Positions 1-13,624 of a stretch of DNA of 64,000 nt are shown here, piece by piece. Position numbers and translations under genes: made by a program. Each line of letters opens with the position of its first letter. The stretch's first letter is position 1. The notes below the pieces were generated by a model, which searched no databases, was not told the origin of the DNA, and saw only the letters and a program-made list of their open reading frames with translations. The stretch comes from Phoronis australis (Eukaryota; Animalia; Phoronida), in NCBI GenBank assembly GCA_002633005.1, contig NMRA01000018.1, positions 1,251,531 to 1,315,530 on the forward strand, read 5' to 3'.

Positions 1-809
1 GAAGAGCAAACAATTGTTAACAGGTCTAAACAGTGCTTCCGTTGTCAGAAAAATTTCTGTGAATTCTAATGTCTTTCGCAATTAATCAAACAACCGTTCA
101 CCACTGCCAGGGTGGCATTGTTTACCGGTTAGGAATAAATCAGAAATGGCTTGTTTTAACACGTGTTTGTGAGAGAGTTTTTTCAATAAAAAATCGTCCA
201 GTCTATTAATGCCTAAACAACAGAAAACGTGTCGCTGAAAGTTTGTTTATGGTTTTGTTGAGATAAAAAGTTCGCCTGTATGTCCGAATGAGCATTGAAC
301 ACGCACGAGTAGTATTTTATTGTTTCTAATGGTCTACGTTTAAATAAACGGTCTGTGATTTAGACCTTTTAAATTACCCGTAGAAAAGTTTAAATCAACA
401 CTCGTCAGTGCTAGTGAGGGAGGGGTTTGATAGTACTAACTCAAACTTCAAGGCAAATAAAAAGTCAAGAAACGAACGGGAATGTAAACAATGAACTGAA
501 AATTCGACTTTTTTAACGCTATCTGTTTAATGAATACACAGGCGTCAGTAGCTAAAGACACTAGGGGCAAAACAAAGGGACCCCTTCTGTTGTCCATGTG
601 GCGGTTCAGACATGATGGATTGTCTAAACCCTGGTCCACAGGTTGTTGCAGACGTTGTTGTATGTACTGCCAAACTGCAGTTGTCGCCAGCTGCTGCGTT
701 TCCATTGCAGCTAGTCACTAACAGACATTTGGCCTGTTGTATTACACAACGGTTGCAGGAACCTACGAAAGTTGGCGCGACTGCGATTCACGCAACATTA
801 TGTAAACTA

Positions 810-950
810 GGGCTGCATTCCGTAGACCCGAGACATAAGCGAGAATGGTTGGTGTGATCACGTGCTTCTGTTAAAATGCTTTGCGACAACTCACAAGACT
901 TTCGTGATCTCGCTTTCCTGTCAAGAAACCTGGTCTACGGAACGCAGCCC
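810..950. mobile_element. Small MITE (Harbinger-like termini)
   Basis: 19-bp terminal inverted repeats gggctgcattccgtagacc / ggtctacggaacgcagccc (1 mismatch) around a ~100-bp non-coding core. Confidence 0.7.
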
Positions 951-2955
951 AGGCTTAAGGCAGCTACAAACCCGCTTTCGTAACATTTGAAATATTGGTT
1001 AAGATCATTTTTCGTTATGAAATTGATCTCAAATTGTTCCTTAGTCAAATATGAGGTGGTTTCAGGGTTACGAGAGAAGTGATAGTTCGTCATTAGTTGA
1101 GGCCAGACTCTACAAGATGGTTTGTTACTGCATGTCATTTTTTGCACTAGCTTAGTCTCTAGGAGTAACGAATTGCCAGTTCTTTGCAAACCCAACAATG
1201 ACATCTCATGTGAGCAAGAAGCAAGTTATATGACCAGTTTTATAGCCGTACGTGACCTGAATCAAAAGTCCGATTTTTGGACGAAACACGCGTTTATCTG
1301 TCATTGTAAGCGAACATTCACAGCGACCGCCGGGTTTGAGTTATTTGCAATGAGCAGGCCCTATTGTACCCCTCTGTACTGTTTACGCCATATTTGACAA
1401 ACACCTTAGGAACGCGTTAACAAGACAGTAACGTAACCAATTATTGTCCATTTTAACAAGCGTGCTTGTAACCCTTCGCGAAGTGCGTATTCAATCCGAT
1501 CACGATAAATAGGTAATTTTCAGAGTTTCTCTTCTTAATCCGTTCGATTTGTCTCACTGAGTCCTCATTAGATACACGCGCAATGGTAGAAAGGTTGACC
1601 AAATCCCAGCCTTTATTGATAATATTAACATTTCGCTGTCATATGTAATTAAGAAAAGTATATGAAAATATCGAACTTCCGTATATCGAAATAATTTGAA
1701 TTAGATATGCGATTTTAGTAAGTAAAAAGTCAGATTGAAAAGGTGTGTGCTGTTCGTTTTTGGCTTACAAAAGTTCCGACTGATTACGCAAATGAGTGGA
1801 TCCACTTTGGCAAACTGTGGAGCGGAAGTTGCCAAACGCGTGGTAACCAGTAATTACAAAATTTGACAAAACAACCTTCTTAATACTAATGTATATAGTT
1901 CACTAATAGCGAAACTGATAAGTATTAAAGAATTATTGCTTTCGAGAAAAGATCGTCTATTTATCTGAATAGAAAATTCACCCTAAAAGCTAATGTCTTG
2001 TGCGAACGTGATCGTTGAAGTCTGGACGTTTATCTGTTTTCCCCTTATCAACAGACGTATTTATTTTGAGTTCTTTAACTGGTAACGACTTCCTCTATGG
2101 ATGAAAGTTGAAGAAATAATTAGCTAGGTCACGATAAACAGATACCTTTCCTATAGTCAGGTTTATGACTTATCACACTGTTGTCCGCGCCTTTGTCAAA
2201 TTCTTTCTTCAGTCGCATAAAAACTAACAGCCGTAGACATAACGCGATTTTTGCGACACGTGGCTGTTTTCAAAATCACAGCTGTATACCTTTCGGATTG
2301 TCAAAATACATCTCATAACAAGAACACGTTTTATAAGATCGTCTTCGACTGGGTAGAATTTAAAAAATCTCGAAATTTGCACTGCATTGCGAACACCTTT
2401 TTGTCCTCTTCACAGTTTTCCTTTTCTAGCAGCAGAAAAAGTTCTTTCGAAAAACGAAATTCAGATCAACTTGACATCCCCATTCAAATACTTCCCACTG
2501 ATAGAGTCCAACGCAGTGAATGTCGGTCAAGCCGAAAACTGAATTGTGCATCGCCGAATTTTGGTAGTTTCTGCCTTTTTATTGTATTTTTTTCTTATTT
2601 TCTACTTTTTCGAAGTTTTTGTTTCTACGAGGCGGATTTTTTTGCCCACATCAACAAATGGGGGGCTCTTTCGAGCCCTCCTTGGGTGCGCGCATGGTTA
2701 GCGCAGAGCTTATAAAATATTACTTTGCATGGACGTCAAAAATCGCAAAGCATGTTACATGTAAGGCTTTGACTTTATGTGGTCAACAATACAGCACGAC
2801 ACAATACAATACAATGCAATACAACTTTAGTTGGTTGACAACACTCTTGCTTATCTCGCCAATAGTAACAACGTTAATATCAATAATCATTACGACAATT
2901 CCAGATTCTTTAATTTCTTATAACAGTCCGAATGCGTGCTCTATCTATTTTCCAG

Positions 2956-5900
2956 GCGCATGTTCCCAACGTTGCGAGTTTCATTCAGCGAGCTGGACGA
3001 AAGTTCACGCTACTTGGTACTTATGGACGTCGTGCCGGTTGACGGTAAAAGATACCGCTACGCTTACCACCGCTCCTCATGGCTGGTGGCGGGAAAAGCG
3101 GACCCTCCGTTGCCCGCCAGATTTCATCTTCACCCAGACTCTCCATTTTGTGGCGAACAGTTGCAAAAGCAAACAGTATCGTTCGAGAAACTTAAGCTGA
3201 CTAACAATATGCTTGACAAAAGCGGACACGTAAGTTGTTGACATATTTTCTTCACTTTGTTTTCACTAGTTTAGACCATTGAATGGTGTCATTAAATTAC
3301 GGCAACTTCGTGAATTTCAAGCCTGCATGTATTATTTTTTCTAAGCATATTAAAAGTAATCAGTATCATTCAACTGTGGTGTCTATTTTGGTGGTGCCCT
3401 TTCAGAAATTCAAAAATTAAAATGACTATAATTTATTATATCTATTGTGAAAAAGTGACTTACTGTAAGAAAATTATTTGGTAAAAAGCTGTGACTATAA
3501 TTGACTTGCGCTAAAATTATGGTGAGCGCTGCTTCTCCGGGTCAAAAAATGGTCAACTTAGTTCAATTTAAGATAAAATGAGCATGAAGCGCTTTATTAA
3601 GCCAAAATTAACCCCTATGAGCTCTTAGTCCGTCCACAGTGTAACAAAAGAAGTATTAACTTGCTTTTTTACGACTTGATTTTTGGCATACTTTCGACAC
3701 TCGCCCATTGTATGAAATGGGATAACCCAAGGTAATAACAACGGTCAATATAGCTTTAAATTTCGTTTAACGCCACAGGCAAAGACAGCTTCGAAAAGCG
3801 TCATTGTTTTGTTTCATATTTTTGGGTGGAACCCTTTGTCTTGGTTTCTCAATAAGGCGAGTTAGCGTTCATAATTACATTACACGTGATTAAACTATGG
3901 ACCAATGGAGTTCATTGATTGGCTCAACGGCAAGATGTGTCACCTCTGCTTAGTTTGCGATTTCTGCTTGGCCTAATTAGCCGTGCCTGAAACTTTGGTA
4001 AAATGTCGATTAAAATGGAATGGAAAATATCTTTAACGTTACGAAGAAATTTGTCGGTCTGTAATAAAAAATTAGATAGTGTCCACAGATAAAAGAAGGC
4101 TTTTTCTGCTGTCTGAATGATGGGTTTTGGGAGTATGTTTCTAGCAACTGTTGTTATTGGTCACGTGACCACAAGTCGATTCCTTTTCGCGTGTTTTGAA
4201 AGGTACGTTCGTAAAGAAATAAACTCTTCTTTTAACCCGTTGAAACATTTATTTTTAATTTCATATGATGTCTCCAAACACTTAAGCACTTTTAATTACT
4301 TGCATTATCATTTATTTTTTATTTAGCCATTTGCATCATCTTCGTAATGTGGTTTCTGATGCCTACTTTTACCGGTTAACACTTCCTAGTTTTTTATATC
4401 ATTTGACGTCGCGCAACGACGTTTCTCATAGCAAACGACAAAGCAGCCATTGATAGTGGTAGTGTACTGTCATCGATATCTTTGAATTATAGACATTACA
4501 GTTATGGAATTTTTAGTTACAAGGTAGGGCCTGGTTTTAAATTTCAAATATGATTATTTAGTGCTAACGCAGACCAGTCCGTTGTTCTAACGTAATTTGG
4601 TCAGTTAAGAAGGCCGAGTCACCTCGCTAAAATACTTTATATTTGTGTAGCATTTGAAAAAAGAACTTCGATAAAAGTGATGCGGATGTTTCAAAATGAG
4701 TCGGATGCAGAATAAAACCAGTTACGTTACTTTTGCCTTAGCAACAGTCGTTATCGTCGTCAGATTCTTATCAACACTTGTTCTGCATGAAAAATTCTAA
4801 TTTGCCGCTAGAAAAGTTATCGCGTTTGCACTTTTTGGAGCTGGCTGATTTTCAGTGTTTACACTTCGAGATCAAAGGAACGTTGCGTTTGCATCAGCAC
4901 GCTTCTAATGATAAAAAGTCACACAGAGACGTGTGAAGTCTAGTCTCAATTAAAGTTGGCTCAAGCGAGGCTTAATTGACGCGTAATTAGGGATAGATTA
5001 AGCTCATTAGGTTATTTTGTTGAGGGACAGGTTTAAACAGATTTATCGTTAAGCTAACGAGGTGCGGCGAGTGACAGTGAGTCGTGAGGAATAAATTGAG
5101 GATTAAATCCGTGCGAAGGGATTAAAGACACCAAGTCCTTAACCCTCTCGGATTGTCCACGGTCCGCCGCCTGTATGTCGAAGTGATTTCGTAATAATAC
5201 GCAAAAACTGGCATACAGTAATTCTTTACCTAAGTAGCAAACATTATGGCGGAAAAGTGATTTTGTCAAATTTTTAACAAAAATAAACGCTGAGAAAATT
5301 ATATTTCATCGTTAAAATGGTTTGAACACATGTCGTAGCACGAACATTTTATCATTTTTGTCAAATATAACTGACTAATTACCACGTGTTCCTTTTTTCC
5401 TTGTAAGTCCTTAGCCATTTGTACTGGACATGACGTGAATATAATGTCCGAGTAAAAAAGATTTTTATAATTCATGAAAATGTAAAAGCACGTCGTGATC
5501 ACGAAAATCCCATCTCAGGGTAAAAAGGTAAACATAGAAATTGCACCTATTTTAGAGAACGTCTTGAAAATGTCATCAAAAGTTGTATCCTACTTTGAAC
5601 AAGCCGACAAAATGCAATTTTCACTTCAAAATGACAGGTACTTCAATTTCCACTCAAAATTGTAACATCATTTCAAAAAACTCAATCACTTCTCTTTGTC
5701 GCTGGCGGCGATTCGATTAAACTATTCATGAGTAAGTCTGGTTGAACGCTTAATGTCTTAGCTGAATACCAAAATTAAATGCCTGTTCACGTTCCTGTGC
5801 AAATACAAGAAAAAAGTCTTTAAAAATCTTATCTTGCCTTTTTCTGGCTTTGAGCCGTCTCCGAAGACGTGTTAGGCGGATTATAGAGAACTGTCAAAAC

Positions 5901-7062
5901 AATTGTTATCGTTCATATCACCGGATAGCGCTCTGTTTTTAATTGCCATATAATCATCTAAATCGCAGAATAATTAACAGTGAGCCATTAATAACCCATG
6001 ACTGGGCGATAGAATCGTAATACAATTAATGCTATGACACGCTTATTTCAGATCTCTGATTTAAATCTTCAAAGAACAGCGAGGGTTTAGATTTAGGACA
6101 CTATTCTTCTCGTAATACAAGCCGTCACACGCAAAACAATAAACCCGGGAGATTCGTCACTAAATGTGTCGATAACGCGTGCAATGACACCGGACTGTTT
6201 GTTATTTTTTCTAAATGCGTTTGTGGGCGCGATAGCTGACTATAGTAAAGTACAAGCACAGCCACTACAATTTTTTAACGAAAAAATCATAGTTAGTATG
6301 TTACATAAATATATGATAGTCAAAAGAGCTGTTGGTTTCTTTTACATTATTGATATGACAAATTGATGTCATAAATATGTTCTTGAAAGATAAACATGGT
6401 TGTGTCTTAACCAAAAATTTGATATTCCAACTTGATTTACCACAAGCTCTTCCTCAAATTAATACTATTATACAACTACCGGCTCCACTCTCACCATCAT
6501 ATCATTGAGTCGTTCGGAATTCAAGTAATTCACCTTTCTGGTACTGGTGATATGATTATTTTTTATTTTTGGAATCCCACATTTTTCAAAGCATTTAGAG
6601 TTAAACAAGGCATTCTCCTCGTCAGCAGATTTAATAAAAACATTTTTATCCTTCAGGCACTTAATTTGTGTGTTTTTCTTGAGCCAACAGCCTGTCAAAC
6701 TAATTTATTATATCAACTATGCGGCCTATCAACGGTACTTATGAAGTTGTCGAATTAAGAAAAGATAGCAAAAACACAAGTGTCAATTAAAGCTGGAACC
6801 TGCACAAACAATAACACGCCATCCTTGCCTTTTAACACTTGGCGAATACACCTAAATATTTGTGATAAACTTTTGATTAGGAAAACACAACTAGACGGCA
6901 ACACGGGTTAATCAAAACATGCTTTAGTTATAAAAACAGGGTAGTTTTACTGTTGATATTATGAGAAAGGATTTTGAAATAATACTTTGCGCGTGATGAA
7001 ATGAATACGTGGAAGTAAAAGATGTCAACAGCCATATTGTTTAAACTAACAACAACGACAGC

Positions 7063-7110
<48 letters not shown>

Positions 7111-9139
7111 ATCGATGCTCAATGCAATAGTAGGTAATTATTGAAAAAAATGATAGTAATAAAAAGTTATTAATGTATTAGAAAAAGATAAATTACAATT
7201 GTAATAACGACTGAAAGTGTCATTCTATTTCTTTTATTCCTTCGATTATAGAGAGCGAGTTTCGTCAATGGATTGGGTAATTTTAAATCCTTGTATGTAT
7301 TTGCTCAATTCTATCTTTTTTCTAAGCTTTTGAAACTGAATTTACCTGCATTCGCTTCCGTACTATTTTGTTGCCCCCCAGAAAATTCAAAAGTAAAATA
7401 TCAAAGTTCTACAATAAACTCGTTACACTTTGAATGGACGATGTCAAGTGAAAAAGAATTGTTTGGGAATAAATTCGGCCTAAGTTTTGGTTTCCGTTAG
7501 ATTTTGAATTAGGAAGAGGAAGCCGGAATTGTTTTTAGCATGCTTTCTTTGATAAGTAAATGTTTGTTTGCAGTTGTTGACAGAGTTTGTAGTGAACGTG
7601 TGCGATTGTTACATGCTTGTCAATACATAGAACCGTACCGGATATTTTTACAATTGCTAGGAATGTGGTTTATTTTCTCAGTCTGTAAAACAAAAGCGAG
7701 AGGGCAAGATACCAGCAGTAATACCGTTGACCTTTCACCTCTCACGCGACATGGGACTACATCTCTTAAACAATTATCACCTATTGTGTATTTATGTAAT
7801 ACCGTATTTTGTACGCAGCTCAATTGTTTTGACATGGCAGAAAGTAAAATTGTGAATTTCAAGGAGTATGTGCCAGGTTGATAACACATGTTTAAATGTG
7901 TAAAAGCGCCAGTTATAATGCTGCAGAAGCACGTGAATACATTAGATATGCTTGTAAAAAAAGGTTCAGCTCAAATCCAGGCTGACACCTTTCACCATTT
8001 CACCAGCCATCATCCATTTTGTTTTTTTCAGCGATATTTTTACGTATTTTTTATTTTAGATAATCCTTAACTCCATGCATAAATACCAACCACGCATCCA
8101 TCTTGTAAAGAGGTCACCGGAAGACATGAGGCCGATTACGTCACTAGAAAAGGAACAGCATAAGACTTTCGTGTTCCAAGAGTGTGTGTTTATTGCTGTG
8201 ACGGCCTACCAAAACCAACTGGTGAGTCAATTGAAAGAAAAACGCCAATATATGGAAAAGGTTAATATTTGGAAAAACATTTTGCTGCAAAATTTCCAGC
8301 GTCCTTGTTGTTTGTTCATGTCGGTTGGTCAACACAACGTTTGACGCAAAAATTTTACTGCTTTATACTCCTTAAATTGCTAAAATCGGTTTCAAAGACT
8401 ATGTTTGGGATCGAAAATAATAACTACACATCTGTCAAATGAGACTTTCATCCATTAGGTGTACATTAATTAACAAAACAATGGGAGCCTCATTATCAGA
8501 ACTGACGACGATTAAGACCAATTATCTAATTTACTGTCACTTAGGGGTCAAGTTATCTTCACCTTTGTGACTGGAACATTTTGTCGAGATTTCGCCTAAT
8601 TTCACCATTCGCTGAATTCACTTTGGTATCATCCGTCTTTGATTAACAACGTCCCGATTCATGTACAAAATAATAACTCGAAAATTCAGCACATCACCTG
8701 CCGGAAGCAGTTCCGTTATTTGACGTAGCTTTGTTTTTCAGGGAAAAGAAGCGAACTAAAGGCAAATGTTTTGTTCATAATTTTGTAAGTTTAAGAATTG
8801 GTCGTTAATATTTCGTGCATACAGGCTGGGTTTGGGGAAGCCTGGGGGCCCCACTCCGTACAGCGGAGATTTTGATTGTGGTTGGCATCCTTTGCGGCAT
8901 CCTAAACCGCAAGTGTCGTGTCTGTTTACCAAAACTACAATACTAAGAAACAGTTTATAGAAATCAGTAGATACTGGCACAAATAGTTCTACTGCGAATT
9001 CGTATCAATTGATGAAGCAAATGCGATCAAGTTGTACGACAGTTCTTTGCCACCTCTTACAGATTACCAAGTTGAAAATTGACAGTAATCCATTCGCCAA
9101 AGGATTTAGGGACTCGTCTCGATTAACTGAAATTGAAAG
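2956..9139 (+). CDS. TBX20: T-box transcription factor Tbx20 (partial: three internal T-box exons)
   Basis: Exons 2956-3229, 8060-8221 and 9063-9139 have AG/GT borders and matching phases. They translate to RMFPTLRVSF...KRYRYAYHRSSWLVAGKADPPLPAR...FEKLKLTNN..GH / IILNSMHKYQPRIHLV...VTAYQNQL / ITKLKIDSNPFAKGFRDSSRLTEIER. YRYAYHRSSWLVAGKADPPLP and RDSSRLT.IER are Tbx20-subfamily signatures. N- and C-terminal exons are not seen. Confidence 0.95.
7047..7109. repeat. (CAA)n microsatellite
   Basis: Direct run of caa units in a Tbx20 intron. Confidence 0.95.
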
Positions 9140-9815
9140 GTAAGATTAATCGGAAATCACCCAGTAGATCTGTGGAGTTGTAGTAAGAGAAAAATTTCAT
9201 CGTACTGGCTGCAAAATTGCGGTCAATTAAAGATTTTTGTGTAAGCATCAATCATCGCAACTCTGTGTTTGAATGATTAAGATTACCAGCGTAGTGACAT
9301 TGTTTATACCCCGTTCACAGCACAGAAGTTGTCACAGGTGCCCTTTGTTCTGGCACAAGTTTCAGTGTAAATGAGAGATGCTCCGGATCATCATAAGGGG
9401 AACAGCTTGATATCGATATTACTACTTGGTCAGGAATTTGTGTGAGTTGTAACTAGTTGTCCAAAAACGAAGCGGGTACGCAAACCGGGCAAATTGCTTC
9501 GGGATCAACTTGCAACGTAACCGACAGGAAATCGTGATGCAAATGGTGCACTGGATGTTTTCCACATTTAATTTGACATCAGTGAAATAAATAGTAATCG
9601 AGCTACGGCATCTCTTTTTTAGTTTCGTACATTAGCATTAAAAAATCCATTAAAATAATTTGTTACAAAAATAATAAATCGGCAATCATCAGGTTTTACT
9701 TCAATATTTTCATGACGTTGAGGAAGTTTTACAACATTTGATTGCTATATTTTCATATCAACCACATTTTCAGGCTGATCGATAATAGCTTTAATCTAAT
9801 TTAAAGGGGCACAAT

Positions 9816-10794
9816 NNNNNNNNNNNNNNNNNNNNNNNNNNNNNNNNNNNNNNNNNNNNNNNNNNNNNNNNNNNNNNNNNNNNNNNNNNNNNNNNNNNNN
9901 NNNNNNNNNNNNNNNNNNNNNNNNNNNNNNNNNNNNNNNNNNNNNNNNNNNNNNNNNNNNNNNNNNNNNNNNNNNNNNNNNNNNNNNNNNNNNNNNNNNN
10001 NNNNNNNNNNNNNNNNNNNNNNNNNNNNNNNNNNNNNNNNNNNNNNNNNNNNNNNNNNNNNNNNNNNNNNNNNNNNNNNNNNNNNNNNNNNNNNNNNNNN
10101 NNNNNNNNNNNNNNNNNNNNNNNNNNNNNNNNNNNNNNNNNNNNNNNNNNNNNNNNNNNNNNNNNNNNNNNNNNNNNNNNNNNNNNNNNNNNNNNNNNNN
10201 NNNNNNNNNNNNNNNNNNNNNNNNNNNNNNNNNNNNNNNNNNNNNNNNNNNNNNNNNNNNNNNNNNNNNNNNNNNNNNNNNNNNNNNNNNNNNNNNNNNN
10301 NNNNNNNNNNNNNNNNNNNNNNNNNNNNNNNNNNNNNNNNNNNNNNNNNNNNNNNNNNNNNNNNNNNNNNNNNNNNNNNNNNNNNNNNNNNNNNNNNNNN
10401 NNNNNNNNNNNNNNNNNNNNNNNNNNNNNNNNNNNNNNNNNNNNNNNNNNNNNNNNNNNNNNNNNNNNNNNNNNNNNNNNNNNNNNNNNNNNNNNNNNNN
10501 NNNNNNNNNNNNNNNNNNNNNNNNNNNNNNNNNNNNNNNNNNNNNNNNNNNNNNNNNNNNNNNNNNNNNNNNNNNNNNNNNNNNNNNNNNNNNNNNNNNN
10601 NNNNNNNNNNNNNNNNNNNNNNNNNNNNNNNNNNNNNNNNNNNNNNNNNNNNNNNNNNNNNNNNNNNNNNNNNNNNNNNNNNNNNNNNNNNNNNNNNNNN
10701 NNNNNNNNNNNNNNNNNNNNNNNNNNNNNNNNNNNNNNNNNNNNNNNNNNNNNNNNNNNNNNNNNNNNNNNNNNNNNNNNNNNNNNNNNNNNNN
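9816..10794. other. Assembly gap (979 N)
   Basis: N run. The sequence just before it ends ttaaaggggcacaat, which resembles the start of a TTAA-flanked transposon end. Confidence 0.99.
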
Positions 10795-10812
10795 ACAAGC
10801 AAATACCGTAAT

Positions 10813-11212
10813 AGGGCCGTCACGGATTACACAGCGGCACTCGAATCTTGCTGTATTTACCCACAATGCTGTAAACATCCGTCAGGCACATTTGCTGCCT
10901 CATTTTCGTATCACTGGATTTTCACATTTCATTTGTTGATGTCTGGTTGTTTACAGTTTTTCTCAGTTGCATTACTGTATTCGTTCTTCCAATGCCAACG
11001 AAGTATTACTGCTGTGCTGTGGGTTGCAACTCCGACGTGAAAAAGTTTGATAAACTGGACAAATACTCGTGGATGCGTGATTTGAAATTCTTCGCTTTCC
11101 CCGACATCAATGACAGACACGAAAATGTGCTTGGTTTCCAAACCGAGGTCACGCGCTTTCTAATCTGCGGGGCAAAGGAGAGTTCTATCGTCGTGTAATC
11201 CGGGACGGCCCT
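10813..11212 (+). mobile_element. Non-autonomous DNA transposon with truncated THAP-domain ORF (ISL2EU/PIF-Harbinger-like)
   Basis: 20-bp TIRs agggccgtcacggattacac / gtgtaatccgggacggccct (1 mismatch), each flanked by AT. The internal ATG at 10992 gives MPTKYYCCAVGCNS...LKFFAFP, the N-terminal half of a THAP zinc finger. Confidence 0.75.
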
Positions 11213-12900
11213 ATTGCCAGTAGCAAGTTACTGCCAATACAATAGTGGAAGGGATAATCACAGGCGGCTTAACTGTCGATCAGTAGATCCCTCTTTCAAC
11301 AGTCAGTAACACATATTGTGTGCAAGTTTTTAGACAGTTCATAATGGCGTAAAGCAATGTGACAAAAAACTTTCAATTGCTCGTTTTTAAAGCCGGAAAT
11401 TGTGTAAAATATCTCGGTTAGAGACTTGTATTGTTTTTCATTGGTGAATGGTTTCAGTGTTTCTTATTCAGTGCTGTACTCAACATGTTAGAACTTTACT
11501 TGTTTGTATACATAATGTAAATATCAACTAATTTATTACCATATTAATTGCAAATAAATAGACTATAACTCCCAAAAACAATGCTCTTGAATCATACCCC
11601 CAAGTCTACCACAAGAAAACACTTAGGGCCAGTGCAGACGGATGGCGGCGAGCTGGCCTGTTTGCTTAGTGGAACTTGCACGCTAATTTCTAATCTCTTT
11701 GGCTGCTTGGTCAAATTAGTTAGAAACAGAACGTATAGTGACGATGTGAATGTGAAGTAGGCCTACGTTGAAAATTGCCAAATGTTTTTAAGCACAAGTT
11801 TTGCGTCGAAAACGATCCGCTATGTGAGTCCCCACATTTGGAAGTAGTCAATAAATACAACTGCGCTTTGTTTAACGTACATAGTGTTCAAATAGTATTG
11901 TTGTTTAGTTTCTGCTATACATTAGTATAGTTAGGAGCATGCAAATACATCTTTAAGCGAACCATGGCTGAGCGGACAGCTGATGTGCGAAAATACGACA
12001 GATAGTTTAATCAATAGTTTTGTCCTTGGCGTGAGCTGTCAAATCGGGTATCGTTCACCGGAGTAAGACAGATCAGCTCACAGTTATATGTCTGGTTTGA
12101 CCCTAATATAGAAACAATACAGTCCGGCTGTGTTGTGCAATGATATATAATTTTGATCAAGATTGGTTAGGTCGGACGAAATTTGTAATTGCACCGGAGA
12201 TAAAGTTTAATAATACCTCAAGCACATCTTCCTTCAAAAATGATACATCACCGGAGAATTGGATTTCGCTCACGGATAAACTCAAACACACCCCATCGTG
12301 TTAAATATAAGCCGTACTCGAATAACTTCGACCGGCTCAGTCATACGTCGTCCCATAATGAAATTTGTGGCTGCAGAAATTACGGCAATTTTTAATCAAC
12401 ATTTGAAGTTACCCTGGTGGTTTATGAAACTTACACGAGACGCAGAAACAAGTGATACTCCACGCATATATCCACTTGATTTGTTGACTTCTTCTCGCGA
12501 ACTAACAGATTTTTCTCGGCCAGATCCCTCGACTCCCGACTATTGTTTTCACCTAAGGAGTCCTCACAAAGTTTTAGAGAACATAGAGTTTTATTGTTAC
12601 GTAAACCCTTTTATAGTCCTAACAGAGTTACGGAGAATAGCGAGTGTTATTACGTAAACCCTTTCGTGCGATAACCTGCTTAGTGCTTTTCAGCGGTGTA
12701 TCATTTTGTTTTAACTCGTGGGTTGCATCACTTGAAAAACTTAATGTCGATTCTCATAAAAACCCAATTTTCGTGACTACATGGAAAATCAACGTTTTAA
12801 AACATAGTACAAAGGAACATTGCAAAACGTATTTGTGAAGGAATTTGTAGAGACAAATCTACTTGTTACTTGTTCGATGTAGACGATTTCATGAAGGCTA

Positions 12901-13150
12901 AAGTGCCGTCCAAATTGCGGGGTAGCCAAGAACATTTCCGGAACGAGTTGTCACCTGGTACGGTAGTTGTGTGAACGCTACTTGTGCTAGGTCAACTTGA
13001 CACACTTGAGACAACTTGATCGAGGTAGGGTAAATTAGTCCTAGACTAACTTGCCCAAGCCCATCGTAGTGTGGACCCAACCTGCAGATCAAGGCTGATT
13101 TACTACCCATGCGCTTGCTCATCATAGTGTAGTATGTTCAGTGTGGACAC
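12901..13150. mobile_element. Dispersed non-autonomous repeat (Harbinger-like family)
   Basis: A related diverged copy lies in inverted orientation at ~37577-37836 (shared tgagcaag...ctgcagg...gtccacact...gggcaagttag.ctag and ccc.gca...gga.ggcact). A duplicate lies at ~14722-14971, and a looser relative with internal inverted repeats at ~50994-51410. Confidence 0.6.
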
Positions 13151-13624
13151 GAGGCTGAATGGGAAATTCGTAGTATGGACAAACCTTAGGAGACCGCATA
13201 TGTTGGAAGGGTAAGCAAGGGCATATTTATGTATCTAGTTAAATATAGGGCCTTTATTCGACTTTAAGCCTATATGTGTGTCTTCAGAGCTTGACGAAAC
13301 GCGCAAATGCAAAAGACTGTGTTGTTAAACAGCATGTAGATTAACAAGACAAATTTATCCACAATTCAACATATCAAAAAGAAAACAGTTGTATAAAATA
13401 AGACAATAACGAAGACAGTGGACACGCTAATGCCACAATATGACACGCTCCTAGCGCGTCTCCGTGTCACGTTTTACAAAATAATCACTTGTTTGAAAGA
13501 TTGCTCAATGGCCACATTTATATCGTAAAAATATTGTAATCGAAAAACATTATTAAGACTTATTCGTTTTGAGGTTTCACTGAAAAATTATCAAATGTAT
13601 ACAAACATTTCCAGTAACTGGGTT

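Noticed and set aside
6928-7122. Poly-Val ORF
   Set aside because: Antisense translation of the (CAA)n microsatellite.
9791-10878. Three 335-360 aa ORFs in the track
   Set aside because: Artefacts of translating the N gap.
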